A DNA stretch of 64,000 bases, from NCBI RefSeq assembly GCF_009914755.1, contig NC_060926.1, one strand, 5' to 3'. Source of the stretch: the human T2T-CHM13v2.0 reference genome, Homo sapiens. The notes under the pieces are model-generated. The model was not told the origin of the DNA, searched no databases, and was given only the letters and a program-made list of their open reading frames with translations. This document shows, in pieces, positions 27,460 through 40,655 of the stretch. The position numbers were made by a program, and so were the translations under genes. Each line of letters begins with the position of its first letter. Position 1 is the first letter of the stretch.

Positions 27460-28503
27460 CACATTTGCTTTATCCATTCATCTGTTGATGGACACTTAGA
27501 TTGATACTGTATCTTGGCTATTGTGAATAGTGCTGCAATAAACATGGGAGTGCAGGTCTCCCTTTGATATATTGATTTTTTTTCCTTTGGATAAATACCC
27601 AGCAGTGGGATTTCTGGATCACATGGTAGTTCTATTTTTAATTTTTTGAGAAACTTCCATAGTGTTTTCTATAATGGCTATACTGATAAATGAATTTAAC
27701 AAGGTTGCAGAATACAAAATCAACATACATAATCAATAGCATTTCTATATACCAATAATTAACTTGCTGAAGAAGAAATCAAGAAAGTAATCCCATTTAA
27801 AATAGCTATAAAAAATTAATTGTCTAGGAATAAATTTAATCAAATTTAATAAATTCTTTCCGATGAAAGAAATTGAAGAAGACACAAACAAATAGACGTT
27901 CCATGCTCATGAATTGGAAGAATTAATATTGTTAAAATGACCATACTACCCAAAGTAATCTACAGATTCAATCTCTTATCAAAATACCAATAACATTCTT
28001 CACAGAAATAGAAAAATAATCCTGAAGTTTATATGGAACTACAAAACACCCCAAATAGCCAAGCAATACTGAGTAGAAAGAACAAAGTGGTAGGCATTAC
28101 ACAATCTGACTTCAAAATATACTATATTTGGTTACATATAGTAACCAAAATGGCATGATATTTAGTATAAAAAGACATATAGACCAGTGAAACAGAATAG
28201 AGAACCCAGAAATAAATCCACGTATTTATAGCAAACTATTTTCAACAAAGGTGCCAAGAACATACACTGGGGAAAAAATACTCTCTTCAATATACGGTGT
28301 TGGAAAAACTGGATATCCATATCCGGAAGAATGAAATTGGATCCCTATTTCTCACCATATACAAAAATCAACACAACATGGATTAAAGACGTAAATGTAA
28401 GATCTGAAACTATAACACTACTAGAGGAAAACACAGGAGAAATGCTTCAGGACATTGATCTAGGCAAAGATTTTATGGCTAAGACCTCAAAAACACAGGC
28501 AGC
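26913..28503 (-). mobile_element. L1MA3/4-like LINE-1 with 5' inversion
   Basis: 26913-27684 is 3'UTR and ORF2 end on -; 27682-28503 is ORF2 on + (MKLDPYFSPYTKIN...GKDFMAKTSK); flanked by cagcaaatt/cagcaatt. Confidence 0.9.
27415..27456. repeat. (TG)21 microsatellite
   Basis: Uninterrupted TG run inside the L1MA. Confidence 0.97.
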
Positions 28504-28574
28504 AATTAAGATCTTTAAACCAAATTTGTTGTAATTTTGTCTTATGACACTAGCAACACAAGTGAATTTAGAAC

Positions 28575-29164
28575 CATTTGTCTGGTCACTTACCGTAGAA
28601 TTAACCACCTTCAAAACATGTAACGACTTTACCACTTAAACCCTTACCATTTTGTTATGGTCAGGGATACTGTGGGCCAGGTATTCAATAAGGACACAGT
28701 AGAAATGGCTTGTCTCTGTTCCACAATGTCTTGGACCTTAGCTGGAAAGAAGCAAAGGCCAATGGTTACTTGATGGCCGGGAGCAAATATCATCTCAAGG
28801 CTCCCTTCCTCACAGGTCTGGTTCCTATGCTAATAGGACTCAAAGACGAGGATAGGTGACTCATTACCTACCCATGGCCTCTATACATGGGTTGGTGTTT
28901 TCACAACATGGTGGCCTAGGTATTCAGACTCAAGGCTCCAAGAACTAGTGTTCTAGAAAACTAAGAGGAAGCTGCGTCACTTTTTATGATTGAGCCTCAG
29001 AAGTCAAGCAGTATCACTTTCCCTACTCTACTGTTTGAACAATTACAAGCCCACTCAGATTCAAGTGGACTCCACGTCTTGATGAGGGGGAACTAAGGTC
29101 ACAACGTAGAAGAGCACAGACGATAGGAGACACTGGCCATCTTTGGAAAATACAATTTGCCACT
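28575..29164 (-). mobile_element. MLT1F/G/H MaLR solo LTR
   Basis: ctgtgggccagg...atggcttgtctctgttccacaatgtc...ggccatctttggaaaatacaatttgccac. Confidence 0.75.
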
Positions 29165-29502
29165 CATCATGTGTTAATGCACAGATGAGGAAGTGCTATC
29201 TGCTCTTCTCCCCTCCTCAGCTCACCCTGACTTCTGTGTTTCCAGTCCTGATTATTTATAACACATGTTCAATATAACAAGGATGTTTTGAAGCCCAAAG
29301 GAGTGAATCCTTTCCTAGCCTTTCAAACCAAGATAAGGAAAAAGTGGAAGAAGACATTAAGACATGCAGCTCTAAGGAACTATCCAAATTACACTAGGTA
29401 GATGCCCTGCAGATGTTTAACTTCAAGATTTCCAGAGGCCACGTGTGTGTCAGTATCAGAGAATCAAGTTTACATTCTCAATAAGTAGATGTTGAGAATA
29501 TA

Positions 29503-30135
29503 CAGCTGATCCCCACTATTTGAAGATTTTTGCATTTGTAAATTTGCCTACTGACTAAAATTTATTTGTAACCCCCAAATCAGTATTCAGAGTTTTTGCA
29601 GGCATTTGTAGGCATGCACCAAGTGGCAAAATATTGAGTTACCTTATGTGCACGTCAACAGACGAAGGTGAACAAGGCAATACTCTGCCCTCTTGTTTCC
29701 ATTCTCATACTGTAAACAAGTGACCTTCTGTGGTCAACCTAGTGCCTTATTTTTCAAACTTTTGTGGTTTTGTTAGCAATTTCACTCTCTAAAAATGACC
29801 CTCAAGTCTAGTATTCCTAAAAACAATAAGGCTGTGATGTGCCTTACAGAGAAAATACATGTGTTAGATACACCTTGCTCAGGCATGAGTTAAAGTGCTG
29901 TTGGCTGTGAGCTCAGTGCTGATGAATCAACAATATATATTAAGTAAGGCATCTTTAATCAGAAACACACATAAAGTAAGGTTATCTATTGATCAGTTGG
30001 CAAAAATGTAACTAGAGGCTCACTGGAACCTAAACCTGCATTTCCCTTAGGAGCAGTGGTTCAATATTTGCTAATTCATTGTTTGCAGTGACTTTATAGA
30101 GCATAACTTATATTACAAATAATGAGAATCAACTG
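29503..30135 (+). mobile_element. MER82 Tigger-family element, nested in an L2
   Basis: TA|cagctgatccccactatttg...aaataatgagaatcaactg|TA termini; aatttgcctactgactaaaatttatttgtaacccccaaatc. Confidence 0.85.
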
Positions 30136-30137
30136 TA

Positions 30138-31300
30138 CCGTAGATCAGGACTTTTATAAGCCCTGGAGATACAACAGTGACCAAGCAGACCAAAATCCCT
30201 GCTGTCATAGAGTTTATATTCTAGAGGAGAGGGGAAAACATAAATGAAATAAATAAATAAAAGATATGTATGTTAGAAGGTGATAAGTGCTATGGGAAAA
30301 AATAAAGCAAGTGATGGGAGGTGGGAGTGGGCATTCAAGGTGGCCTTTTTTGTTGTTGTTACTATTGTTTTCTGTTTCTTTACCAAAAAAAATGGCCAGG
30401 GTGGACCTCAATAACAATCAGATAACAGTTGAGACAGCTGGTGAAAGAGATGAGGAAGAACACTAAGCGATTTCCCGGAAGACAGCAGAAAGAACAACCA
30501 GTACACAGGCTGAGGATGTAAACAAACCCGCCATGTTGTGGAAACCAGGAGGAGGCTCATGTGCCCAAAATGCAGTCAGTAGGAGATAAGGTCAGAGAAG
30601 TAAGAAGGTGTCAACTCAATAGGGCCTGGCAGCCCATTGTAATGACTGGGGCTTTCACACTGAGTGAAAGATGGTAAGCATCCAAGGGAGAAACAGGAGA
30701 GCAATTAAAAGAGTGGCAAAAATCTAGACTTGGAGAGTAATTACCACCGATTATAAGAAGTGGTCAGGTTCCAGATGTCTTCAAAGGCAGAGCCAACAGG
30801 ATTTGCCGGTGGATTGCACGTGTAATTGTGAAAGAAATGATGATGTCAAACATGACTCCAAAGTTTTTGGCCTGAGAAGCTGGAAGTTGCCATTCTAAGA
30901 CAGAAAAGACTGTAGATCAAGCAGGTTCTGGAGGGGATTTCAATTCTACTCATTTTAAGGTGAGATGTCTACTTAATATCCAAGTGGAAAAATAAGGTAG
31001 GCAACTGGATATACAGGGCTGGAATTCAAAGAAGTCCAAACTGGTAATATACATTTTGAGTCCTCAGCATAAAGATGGAATTTAGAGACATGTAACTGAA
31101 TGAGACCACCAAGGAATCGGTGTAGGAAGAGAAGAGGTTGAAGAATGGAATCCTGAGGCATTCCAGTGTCAAAAGAAGAAATTGAGAAAAGCAGATTGAG
31201 AAATGTGGCCTCCTGGAAGCTGGATGAAGAGAGTCTTCCTAGAAAGAGTGAATGATTGTTATGTCAGCATGCCCAGAAGTGGGGTAGGATGAGGACTGGG
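30138..31300 (-). mobile_element. L2 LINE fragment
   Basis: ccctggagatacaacagtgaccaagcagaccaaaatccctgc...tatccaagtggaa...aggcaactggatataca; its 3' tip lies at about 29476-29502, left of MER82. Confidence 0.8.
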
Positions 31301-31311
31301 AAGAGAGAAAG

Positions 31312-31490
31312 TCCTGATTTGTAGAGTTTGCCAATTTCCATGGCGAAAATACTCCCACCAGAGTTGATTTCAAGCTGTTAATGTGATGTCATTGAATGCA
31401 GAGTTTAGAAGAGATGCACACAATTGGCTCTCAGGAGATATTGCAAACTGATCTCAGCAGACATTGCAAGCTGATCTCAGCACACCCCTG
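31312..31490 (+). mobile_element. MER63 hAT-Blackjack fragment
   Basis: cctgatttgtagagtttgccaatttccatggcgaaaatactcccacc...gaagagatgcacacaattggctctc...cagcacacccctg. Confidence 0.75.
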
Positions 31491-32609
31491 ACAGCTAATG
31501 ATATCCATTGCCTCAGCAGGCTTTGGCATCCAAGAGGGAACTAACTGCCCAAGCAAGTCTGAACGTGGCATGGCTGAATCTCTGTCATCTGGACAGGGCC
31601 AAGCAACATTTATCTTCAATATGGTAGGCTGGCAACTTTCTCAGAGGGCAGCCCAAGCTGGGCTGGGCAAGAGGGGCTCAGAAAAGGATGTCATGGTCCT
31701 TGCAGCCAGACTCATGCTAACTTTTAGCAGAGTGCATTTCAGTAATGAACAGCCTGAGGGATGGTCCCTCAGCCAACACAGAATGCAGACCTCTTTGCAG
31801 GCTTCCCAGATCTTCCTGAGCACATCTTTGGTGTCTGATTCAACAATGAGAGGGTCTGACTAGACAGATTTAAGTCTCAGATGGACTTACCGAGCAAGTA
31901 CACTAAAGTAATCTGGACACTTTAACAAATAAAAGCATAATACTCTCTCTCAAAGAGTTGTTAAAACAAAATCTGATGAGAAACCTTCTTGGAAATAAGT
32001 CTCCCGGCTTATGGGAACCTTGTTTCCAAATCTGTTAGTATTCCCGCCCACATCCTGAGAATCCTTTTATGTTCTCTCAGACTCCAGACCCTACTTCATA
32101 CATTTCCTGCTGCCTAGACTTTATCTTGACTGGCCTGATTACTGATACCATTTGGTTCCAGCCACTTAATTCCCAGCAGCCTGAAATGGCCACATCCCTA
32201 AAGCAAAATACCATCGGACTAGGAGGAACATCAACCTGCTTAAATTGTGGGCTCTGCCTTTCATTTACACACAGGAAGAATTTTCCAAGGAGGTTTTTTT
32301 TTCCCTTCCCTCTCTGGAAGTCTTTAAATGTGAGATTTTCATTTTTCATAAAATAATAATTAACAAACATACATCGATTACCTACTGAATGCAGCGCACC
32401 ATACAGGATTCTATAAAACATACAAAGAATAATTAGATGTCTACTTATAATGTAGTTGGGAAATTTGTCATTTTCTTAGATAAAATTCTGACCAATGTGA
32501 GTGCCCAGTGAATGTCTCAGAAACCAGGTACTGGAGGACAGTGAGACACAAGAAGCCCACAAAGCTGCAGTCTACAGGATGGATAAGATCAAAGGAAAGG
32601 AAAAGGAAT

Positions 32610-32870
32610 CTCCTATTTGCTTGCCACTTCTTTGTGCTAGAACTGTTTTAGACACTACATCTGTTTAATTACATCGCAATACTTCCTATTGCTATAAAAA
32701 AGGATTTTCCTACTTCTATGAAAAGAGAGTGTCATTCCTTTTTACAAATGAATCACAGAGTGGTAAAGCACTTAACCAAAATCCACAGAGCCAGTCAGTG
32801 GCAGAAGTGGGACCCCAACAGAGGAAAACATCTCCAAAGTCCTATGTTTAACTCTTACTACCACTTCACA
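32610..32870 (-). mobile_element. MIR SINE
   Basis: tgtgctagaactgttttagacact...tttacaaatga...cacagagccagtcagtggcaga...tccaaagtcctatg. Confidence 0.6.
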
Positions 32871-32886
32871 TTGCTTCCCTTAGACT

Positions 32887-33362
32887 GAGGAGTCAGTCGA
32901 ATTGTGCCGCCCCTCTTCCCAAAGATACGTCCGAGTCCTAAATCCCTGTATCTGTAATGGGATCTTATCTGGAAATAGTATTTACAGATGTAATTAAAGT
33001 GTCTTGAGATGAGATTATCCTGGAGGTAGGGGCTGGACTGAGGAGCCAAATCCAATGACTGGCATCTTTAGAAGAGAAGGGAAAACAGACCCAGAGACCC
33101 AGAGGGAGGGCCATGTGAAGATGAAGGCAGACGTTGGAGTTCTGCACCCCCAAGCCCAAAACACCAAAGACTGCCAGCACCCCGCAGAAGTCTGGAGAAG
33201 GGCGTGGAATGAATTCTCCTTCAAGCCTTCAGAATGAACCAACCCTGCCAACACCTTGATTTTTAGACTTTTGACCTTCTCAACTGTGAGAGAATAAATT
33301 TCTGTTGCTTTAAGCCACCAAGTTGTTGTGATTTATTATGGCTGCCCTAGGAAACTAATACG
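32887..33362 (+). mobile_element. MLT1C/D MaLR solo LTR
   Basis: tttacagatgtaattaa...ccaatgactggcatcttta...gccatgtgaagatgaaggcaga...aataaatttctgttgctttaagccacc...ccctaggaaactaatac. Confidence 0.88.
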
Positions 33363-34380
33363 GACAGTCAGGATGAGGTCAGTCTGCACAGAGACATGGG
33401 GGAAGAAAGAGAAGAAAAGATCACGAAATGTGACTTCTAAAGCTGAGCCAAAATAGGGTTCCTGGGAAGAGGGAGCTATACTCTTTTTGCTGCCAGTGGC
33501 AAGTCCTGAACTCCCATGTCTTGGTTTGATTCCAACTAGCGTGTCATAAACTATTCGGTTTGACTCTGAATGCTAACATCTAATCAGTTTCCTCAGCTTG
33601 CTGGTTTTGCTGGTTTCTATTGTTTGGGCAAGTTTGAGCTACACAGACACAGCTCCTGGTATACTTGTCCTCAAATATCAGAGAACATCGAATCATTCAG
33701 GTGCATCTTTGTGAGCACACTGAAGAGATAAGCTTCTAAGAAATAAAACTGATATCACTGGCAATGCCTACCATTGGTCAAAAGTAACTTCCTCAATAGC
33801 TCTTGGTGGTGCCTAGTTCTGTTTTTACATGGAGGCATCAGATAAAATGCAATGATTCCAATAGGATTCAGCTATCATCACCCATTAACAGGTCAGTTCT
33901 GAGGGAAGCAGCTCTCTGGGGATTTATTGTGGAATGAGAGAGGAGAGAAAACTTTATAGCCAAAGCAAAACGCAAAGAGATAGATCTATTTGAGAATCCT
34001 GGGCATTCAGGAATGTTAGCAAGGAATTGAGGAACAGACTGAAATGAAGATGACAAGGAATGAGAATAAATCATGGTTATGTCCAATTTTTTGTATGTTG
34101 GTGTTCAAGAACCATAAGTAGCCACTTACTGAATTCTGATTCGAGCTTACTAAGGACCTACTAAGGACAATGTACCCCATTAGGTGGGTGTACTAGAGCT
34201 ATAAGGATGAATGAGTTCATCTGCTCATAGCATAAGGAGGCAAACTTTGGGGGTTGGGGGAGGTATATGTTGGGAGTCAGAGTAGAGGAAAGAAAAATGA
34301 TGCCATATCCCTCAGCTTCTGGGAGGTGATCCCATCAAGAGTGCAGTGGAATTTTTAATGTTGAGAACTCCATGAAGTTC

Positions 34381-34994
34381 TGTAACCAAGTACCCCCCAT
34401 TGTTTCTGAGATAGAGAATGAATTATTTTTTATTTTCTCTTCTCTCTTTCCCCCTACTCCCCTGTTCCCCACTTCCTATTTAGCTCTTTAGAAATGCAAT
34501 GATGATAATATTTTACCTTCCCTCCACCAGACATCCCTACAGGGCAAGCTTATCTGACTATGTGCTTACTTAAAAGCTCCAGGACAGAACTCTGTCCTAC
34601 CAGGAGATTTCCTCAAAAGACAACAGTCAATACGCAACCTAAAGTACGCCCACTATGAAACCCTCTCCCACCTGGAAAGTATCTCGAGACAAGGCCACTT
34701 TACAACCTAGTTCTGCCCGGGATGGTGCCAGCTCGACCACCTGGTAGATAAGGCACAAATCGAGTCATGCAGACCCCCACCTGCTCACGCCCTCCCTTGC
34801 ATGCCATTCATGCCAAGTCCCCTTTTAAAAGTTTCTGCTTTCTGCTCCAAAAGCAAAGTGGTACCCATAAGGCAGGCAGCCTGTACTTCCCTAAGCTAGC
34901 TTTGGAATACAAAATCACATTCCTTATACCAGACTCCGCTCTTGTTCATTGGACTAAGCAGGTGGCAAGTGACTAAACCTGTATTTTGGTTACA
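34381..34994 (+). mobile_element. ERV1-class solo LTR (MER73-like)
   Basis: Inverted termini tgtaaccaa...ttggttaca, 614 bp, TATA-like ttttaaaa, 4-bp flanks gttc/tttc. Confidence 0.8.
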
Positions 34995-37900
34995 TTTCTA
35001 CTGAGAGGAATCCAGGGACACCAATAACAGGCTGAGAGTTGTCTGGCTGCTCAGAGCTCCACACAAAGGTCGGGTATTTGTCAGAGGAGGAAAAGTGTGG
35101 CATCTTTATATAGACCAGGGCTCACCGGCATATACTTTGCCATTTCCTGGGAAAGGAAGCTTCTGGCTCCTGGAAAAATGGCAGAAACTTGAACAGAGGA
35201 TTGGTGAAGTCTTTTGGTTTATGTGGCCAGATAGTACAAGGTTCCTATCAGGAAGAAAAGCACATAGTGTCTTTCTTCACTCCTTTGGGTTTGGGAAACA
35301 AAAAAAATACACCAAAGGCAGTGAGGCCACCATAAAACCCAGAGTGGGGGCAGAGGACAGGATGCTGGGGAGTTCAGGGGAAGGGCTCTTCTGAGGTCTG
35401 AGTTTCCCTGTATCTGCGCATTTATCCCAACTGAACTTTTCCACGGGAGTGCTTCTGGCCTCCTCTCAGCCTAACCTCCCCACCTCTCCACATCCTGAGC
35501 AAAGGTTCCATGTGAATGAGCCCAGATGGAAAAACACTGGAGGAGTTTTTCTTTGTCACTACAGGCAGGAAGAAAATGGCAAATGGAGACAATTATTTGC
35601 TGAATTTGGTCTCCGTAGACTCATACTTTTTGCTTAGTTTTCATTATTTGAGGATAAAGATTGCTTTTAGGCCTAAGAGACTCAGCTAACTGGACAATTT
35701 TTCAGTTCATTTTTGAGAAGTAGGCATGGCCTTGGGAGAACATTTTTTACCCTCTCCGCACTCTCATTCCATCTCACATACAAATACATTAAGAAAATGA
35801 AGCCAACTGAAGCAGAGGTCAGGAGTGAAAGAAAAGTTGATATAAGAGCTTCAGCAACAGCAGCTGGCCCCAGGCACTAGCGGCTGATAAAGGAAACTCT
35901 GGGCAGAAGAGCCTGAGATGAATGGGATATTAGTGAGAGGAGCTGAGCCGGTCACATAGCCAAGTTTTGCAGGAGGAAAAAAGAGAATGGGAAATTAATT
36001 ATAATCAATTCCTACTAAAACCCTGAGAATTGGAGACAACACATAGGCTATTGAGAGGGCGATTTCTCCTAATTCTTTCTGCAAGGTCTTAGAGTGCTTC
36101 TTACCCACAACAGAAGGTACGAGAACCTCTGCCAAGCATATGGAATTGCCAACTTCAAGTCAGGAGAACTTACTTGTGAGCCTCCTGGAGATGGTTATGT
36201 GGACACAGATGATGGGTTTTCTTTCTGTTTAGTAAGGAGTTCAGTAAGGAGTAAACCTATGTTTGTTTGGTTCTCATACTCGTCTCTACTCCCTGCTGAT
36301 ATTTCCCTTGGCAGAAAATGAGTGCACTGACCAAGCCAAATGCAAGCAATAAATCCGGTGGCACTTTATATCGTATTAACTCCAGAGAGGAGTTAGAAGG
36401 CCTCAAGACAATCATGCCTATCGTGATATTGGAGGTTCGCTGTTTGGAGGGCAGACCAAAACCTGGAGGGGTCTAGATATGAGGATCAGAGGCTGAGAAA
36501 GGGTATTGGGGTAGGGAGTGACTCCAACTTTGCTTTCAGCCACCCTTCTCAGAGGACAGTGGGCAGACCAGCAAAACCATTCTGGAGGGAAAGCCAAAAA
36601 AATTAGGGTTCCAGGAAGGCTGAAAATGAAGGCGGCCTTTTCTAATAAAGTGAACAGGATCAAGAGGCTGCCAAATGCTGCTCACTCCAACCCCTTTTAT
36701 TGGCAGTGAAGCAAGTCAAATACTTACTAGGAACACTAGCCCTTTCTTAGAAGCGACTCTTGTTGAAAAAAACATCCTGTGCTTTGCGAAGTGATTTGTC
36801 CCTGAAGAACTCTATGAGTAAAAGAGACTCTAGCTGTGACTTTGGCCAAGTCAGGTGGTCTTGCTACTGATGAGGGGGCTGAATCCTGAGCATTCTCTTT
36901 GATACGGAAAATAAAACGGACTAGGGGAGAAGGTATAGAATGTAACGCACTAGGGGTTTTTTGGAGGGAGGATAATCTCTGGGCAGTTCCCTACTCTTGA
37001 AACCTAGCCTGGAATGGGCTTTCACCTCTGTGCTATTTATACTAAAACTGAATTGGCCTTAGGGATGGGATGGAAAGTAATTAGGATTCCCTATTACCTG
37101 ATGATTTTGAACCCAAACTATTCCCTTGTGGACACAAATGGGTATGGTGGAGTCAAATGCATTCCGTGAATTCTTCCCCTATTGTTTTAATCAAAGCACC
37201 GATTTTAGCACAGACTCATGTGCCAAACAAACTATTGAAAAACTACTGTGATACACATTTAATGAGATGATCTAAAGTGTTTCTGGGGGCTTGTCATGGG
37301 ACTGCTGAGGTGGTCTCCAGGGATGCTTAGAGGAAGGATATGGGAAGTGAGACATGTGGGTTGAATTGCCCCACTCCTAATAAGGCTGATAAATTGAAAA
37401 ACCAAGGTATAGAAGTGACCTTTTACGTTCTGGGGCAACTTTTCATCTGTGCTTAACGAGAGAAATGAAAATCGGATGGATTTCCACTGAAAATTTCATG
37501 TCACGATTTCATGTGAATGATCTAATATCTAGCTTTCCCCAGGAGCCAGTGAATTATATATCCAGCTGTGGAAACTGAAAACACCATGAGGCTGCTCATG
37601 TTAGGCACCTGCTGTAGAGAAAGACCTTTCGCATTTGGGAGGAGGGGCAGAAGGCTTGTTTGTAAAACAGCCTGGTGTGATGCTCTTTTCTGAGCATTTT
37701 TCTCTTGCTCTCTCTGCCTTGCCTGAGTTGTCTCTTCTCAGTGACTTTAGGAGACATACCTTTGGGCTATCTTCATAAATCTTTTGCTATGAATCAGGAT
37801 TTAAATCATTAGGGTTTTCACTCATGCCATTTAGGATACTGAAAACAAGTGTGCACTTTTCAGACATTCTGTCTTACACCTGTAGGTCACAAGTCTTTCA

Positions 37901-38864
37901 TGCCTATGGTATTTTGTTACAGTCTATATGGTTTACTGTTGCATCTCTCAATCCATTGAAGTCTATTCCCTAAAAACTTCTAGGCATGGAGTAAATGTCA
38001 ATTACAAATGACCAGAATTTAACAACAAAAAATTTCTAGGCAGGAATGTTACAGCCCATCTTCAGTTCTGGAGGAAAGCTGGGATAGTTCATAAAATAAT
38101 TCTGTCTGATTTGTTTCTATGAGAATCTGTGTTTAGGGTATTTTCAGGAGAGAGGAATACACTTACTTGCTCTAAGGCCACACATCTTAAACCGAGATAC
38201 ATCTACTCTGGGAGGTTTGCAGCTGGAGTTTTCAGCTGAACTTTTAAAAACTTTGTTTAAAATAAGTTGCTTTACATTGGAACTTAATATCCTCAGTGGA
38301 TTGAGATCGACATTCTGGGAATTGAAATTGTGTCTGGAGAAGAGAAAGGAGCAATGTTGCATTTTGCAGTAGAGGCAGATGGGCTAGGCAGGGATGGGGG
38401 AAGTCTTCTGAAAGGAAAGCAGTGAACAGTTGGGGAGGGGTTCAGAAATGGAGCTAGGGGACCAACCACAGAAAGGGTGGCCTACTTTGGGATTTTTCTA
38501 GCTGCAGCATAAATCTAGTACATCTTTTTATATTGAAACTAAATACAGATATGAAATAGAGCTTCATCTGGCAATGGCCTCATGAGTGTTGGGCAAAGCT
38601 GCCTTCTTCTGAGGCTGTTTCCTTCAGGCACGGGCTTGGGCTCCTCTTCTCATTCCCTCAAGCCCCACTCTCTCAACTCAGGTGCCTTTGTCAGCTTGAC
38701 ATAAGATCCTTTAATAAACCTAATGGCAAACATCAACGGGAAGCAAAAAATCCAGATCTCAACTATGGCATGAATAGTTGCAAAAGATCTAACTAAAGCC
38801 ACCCAGCCACAGTGTGGCTTCCTTTCTGCACAAGTATTCTTGCTTCCTAAAAAAGGACCAACCT

Positions 38865-39167
38865 GGCTGGGAACGCTGGCTCACGCCTGTAATACCAGCA
38901 CTTTGGGAGCCTGACGTGGGTGAATCACGAGGTATGGAGTTCAAGACCAGCCTGGTCAAGATGTGAAAACCCGTCTCTACTAAAACTACAAAAATGAGCC
39001 AGGTATGGTGGCGGGCACCCGTAATCTCAGCTACTCGGGAGGCTGAGGCAGGGAATTGCTTGAACCCGGGAGGCGGAGCTTGCAGTGAGCCGAGATCGCG
39101 CCACTGCACTCCAACCTGGGAGACACAGCGAGACTCCGTCTCAAAAAAAAAAAAAAAAAAAAAAAAA
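38865..39167 (+). mobile_element. Alu (AluSg-like)
   Basis: Full dimer with A25 tail; TSD aaaaggaccaacct / aaaaggaccatcct. Confidence 0.97.
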
Positions 39168-40575
39168 GGACCATCCTATACCCCATTCTCAGCACGTCAT
39201 TCAGGTACTGGACAGACCTTAGTCTTAAAACCAGCATGCCTGGAGTGGGCTCTTACCCTCTATGGGCCTCAGCTATGGGGGGAAGAAAAGAAAAAAAAAA
39301 AAAAAAGCGTTAAACTAGGGACTCACCAAGGGCCCTTCCAGCTCTAGCTCTCTTCAATTCTACATACAGCATTAAAGAATTTCAGGATATATCTCCCTGG
39401 CTTGTTGTTAGTCTCTTTTTACTTTCTCCAACTTTCCCTAAAGCAGGGAATAGCAAAGAATAGCAAAGAAACTTGGTGCTGATCTGCAGAGAGAGCCTCT
39501 CCTCAATCAGAGATTCTGAGCCAAGGGGTTTGTGTGACCTTTGGAACTCAACCACAAAGCCCTGGAAGAACTGGTTACCACCAGGACCCTAGAGAACAAT
39601 CCCAATATAAGCCACACTTTCTCTTGTTGTTCTCCTATCTCCATTTTTGAACCTCTCCCCAACCTTTTACTGCCTTGCCATCTAAGTCTACTGTAAAAAT
39701 ACAACATTTCTCCTTTCTCCTCTCTGTCCCAGGCAAAATTTCTATTCCTAGGATGTTGATCTCAATCTGCTAAGAATATTATGTTCTAATGTAAAGCAAC
39801 TCTTTTTAAACACAGAGCTCAACTCAAAACAATCTTCAGTGATCTACCAAAAAGGAAGATATTTTGAATAAGAGACTTCCTTCAGATGAAATCAGTATAA
39901 TTAATTCAAATCCCATCCATCCTCTCTTTATATAATCAAACTTCACAGCAGGACAGAGATAATATGGGTTAGCCAAGAAGAGAAAAGTTTTCAGTCCTAG
40001 AAGAAAGAAGGTCTCTGCTATCACCTCATAATAGCTTTGGGGCTACTCCCTCCAAGATCATAGAGCTCGTCAGCATAAATCATAGAGGAGCTGTTTGCAT
40101 GCAGCAGAGGGACCCAGAGTGCCACCTGGCATGGTCCAACCTAAGAACCTAGGTGAGAAGCATGGGAAGCCAGGGGTTGCCATGAGAATAAAGGTAAAGA
40201 GACACAGTTTGTCTAATTCTTGGGTTTGCTTGGGGTCAGCTCTGCGTGTCGAAATACCCCCTTCCACCAATTTTCTAGGCTTGGCTTGACTCCACTTACA
40301 CTCCCGTAGATTTCAGCTATCATCCCTGCTTCCCTCTTGGGAGTTTTTTTTTTCCTCTTGGGAGTGTTATTTAGGCTGGGGAGAACTTAATGCAGTCATC
40401 ATGTTGATTCATTTTCACAAATACTTATTAAATGTCTGCTTTTGCACAGCTCTGTGGAAGGGCCAGAGTGGTATATAATGCATGATCTCTGACTTAAAGG
40501 AACTTGAAAGTAACCTGTGCCCTAACTTTGTTACCGACAGGGAATGATTTTGGAGGTTCTGGGAGAAGCAATCTG

Positions 40576-40655
40576 TTAGGTTGGTGCAAATGCAATTGCT
40601 GTTTTTGTCATTAAAAGTAATGGCAAAAACTGCAATTACATTTGCACAAACCTGA
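40576..40655. mobile_element. MADE1 (Hsmar1-derived 80-bp MITE)
   Basis: ttaggttggtgcaaatgcaattgctgtttttgtcatta-aaag-taatggcaaaaactgcaattacatttgcacaaacctga; 80-bp near-palindrome. Confidence 0.93.

Larger units (their letters stand above)
26690..28549 (+). mobile_element. MER34-family ERV1 LTR (partial), split by an L1
   Basis: 26690-26910 (ctgctttaacctttac...tttgaaatgaccaatcc...aataaagtgctgcccaatt) continues at 28501-28549 (aattaagatctttaaaccaaatttgttgtaattttgtcttatgaca), the MER34-type terminus. Confidence 0.75.
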
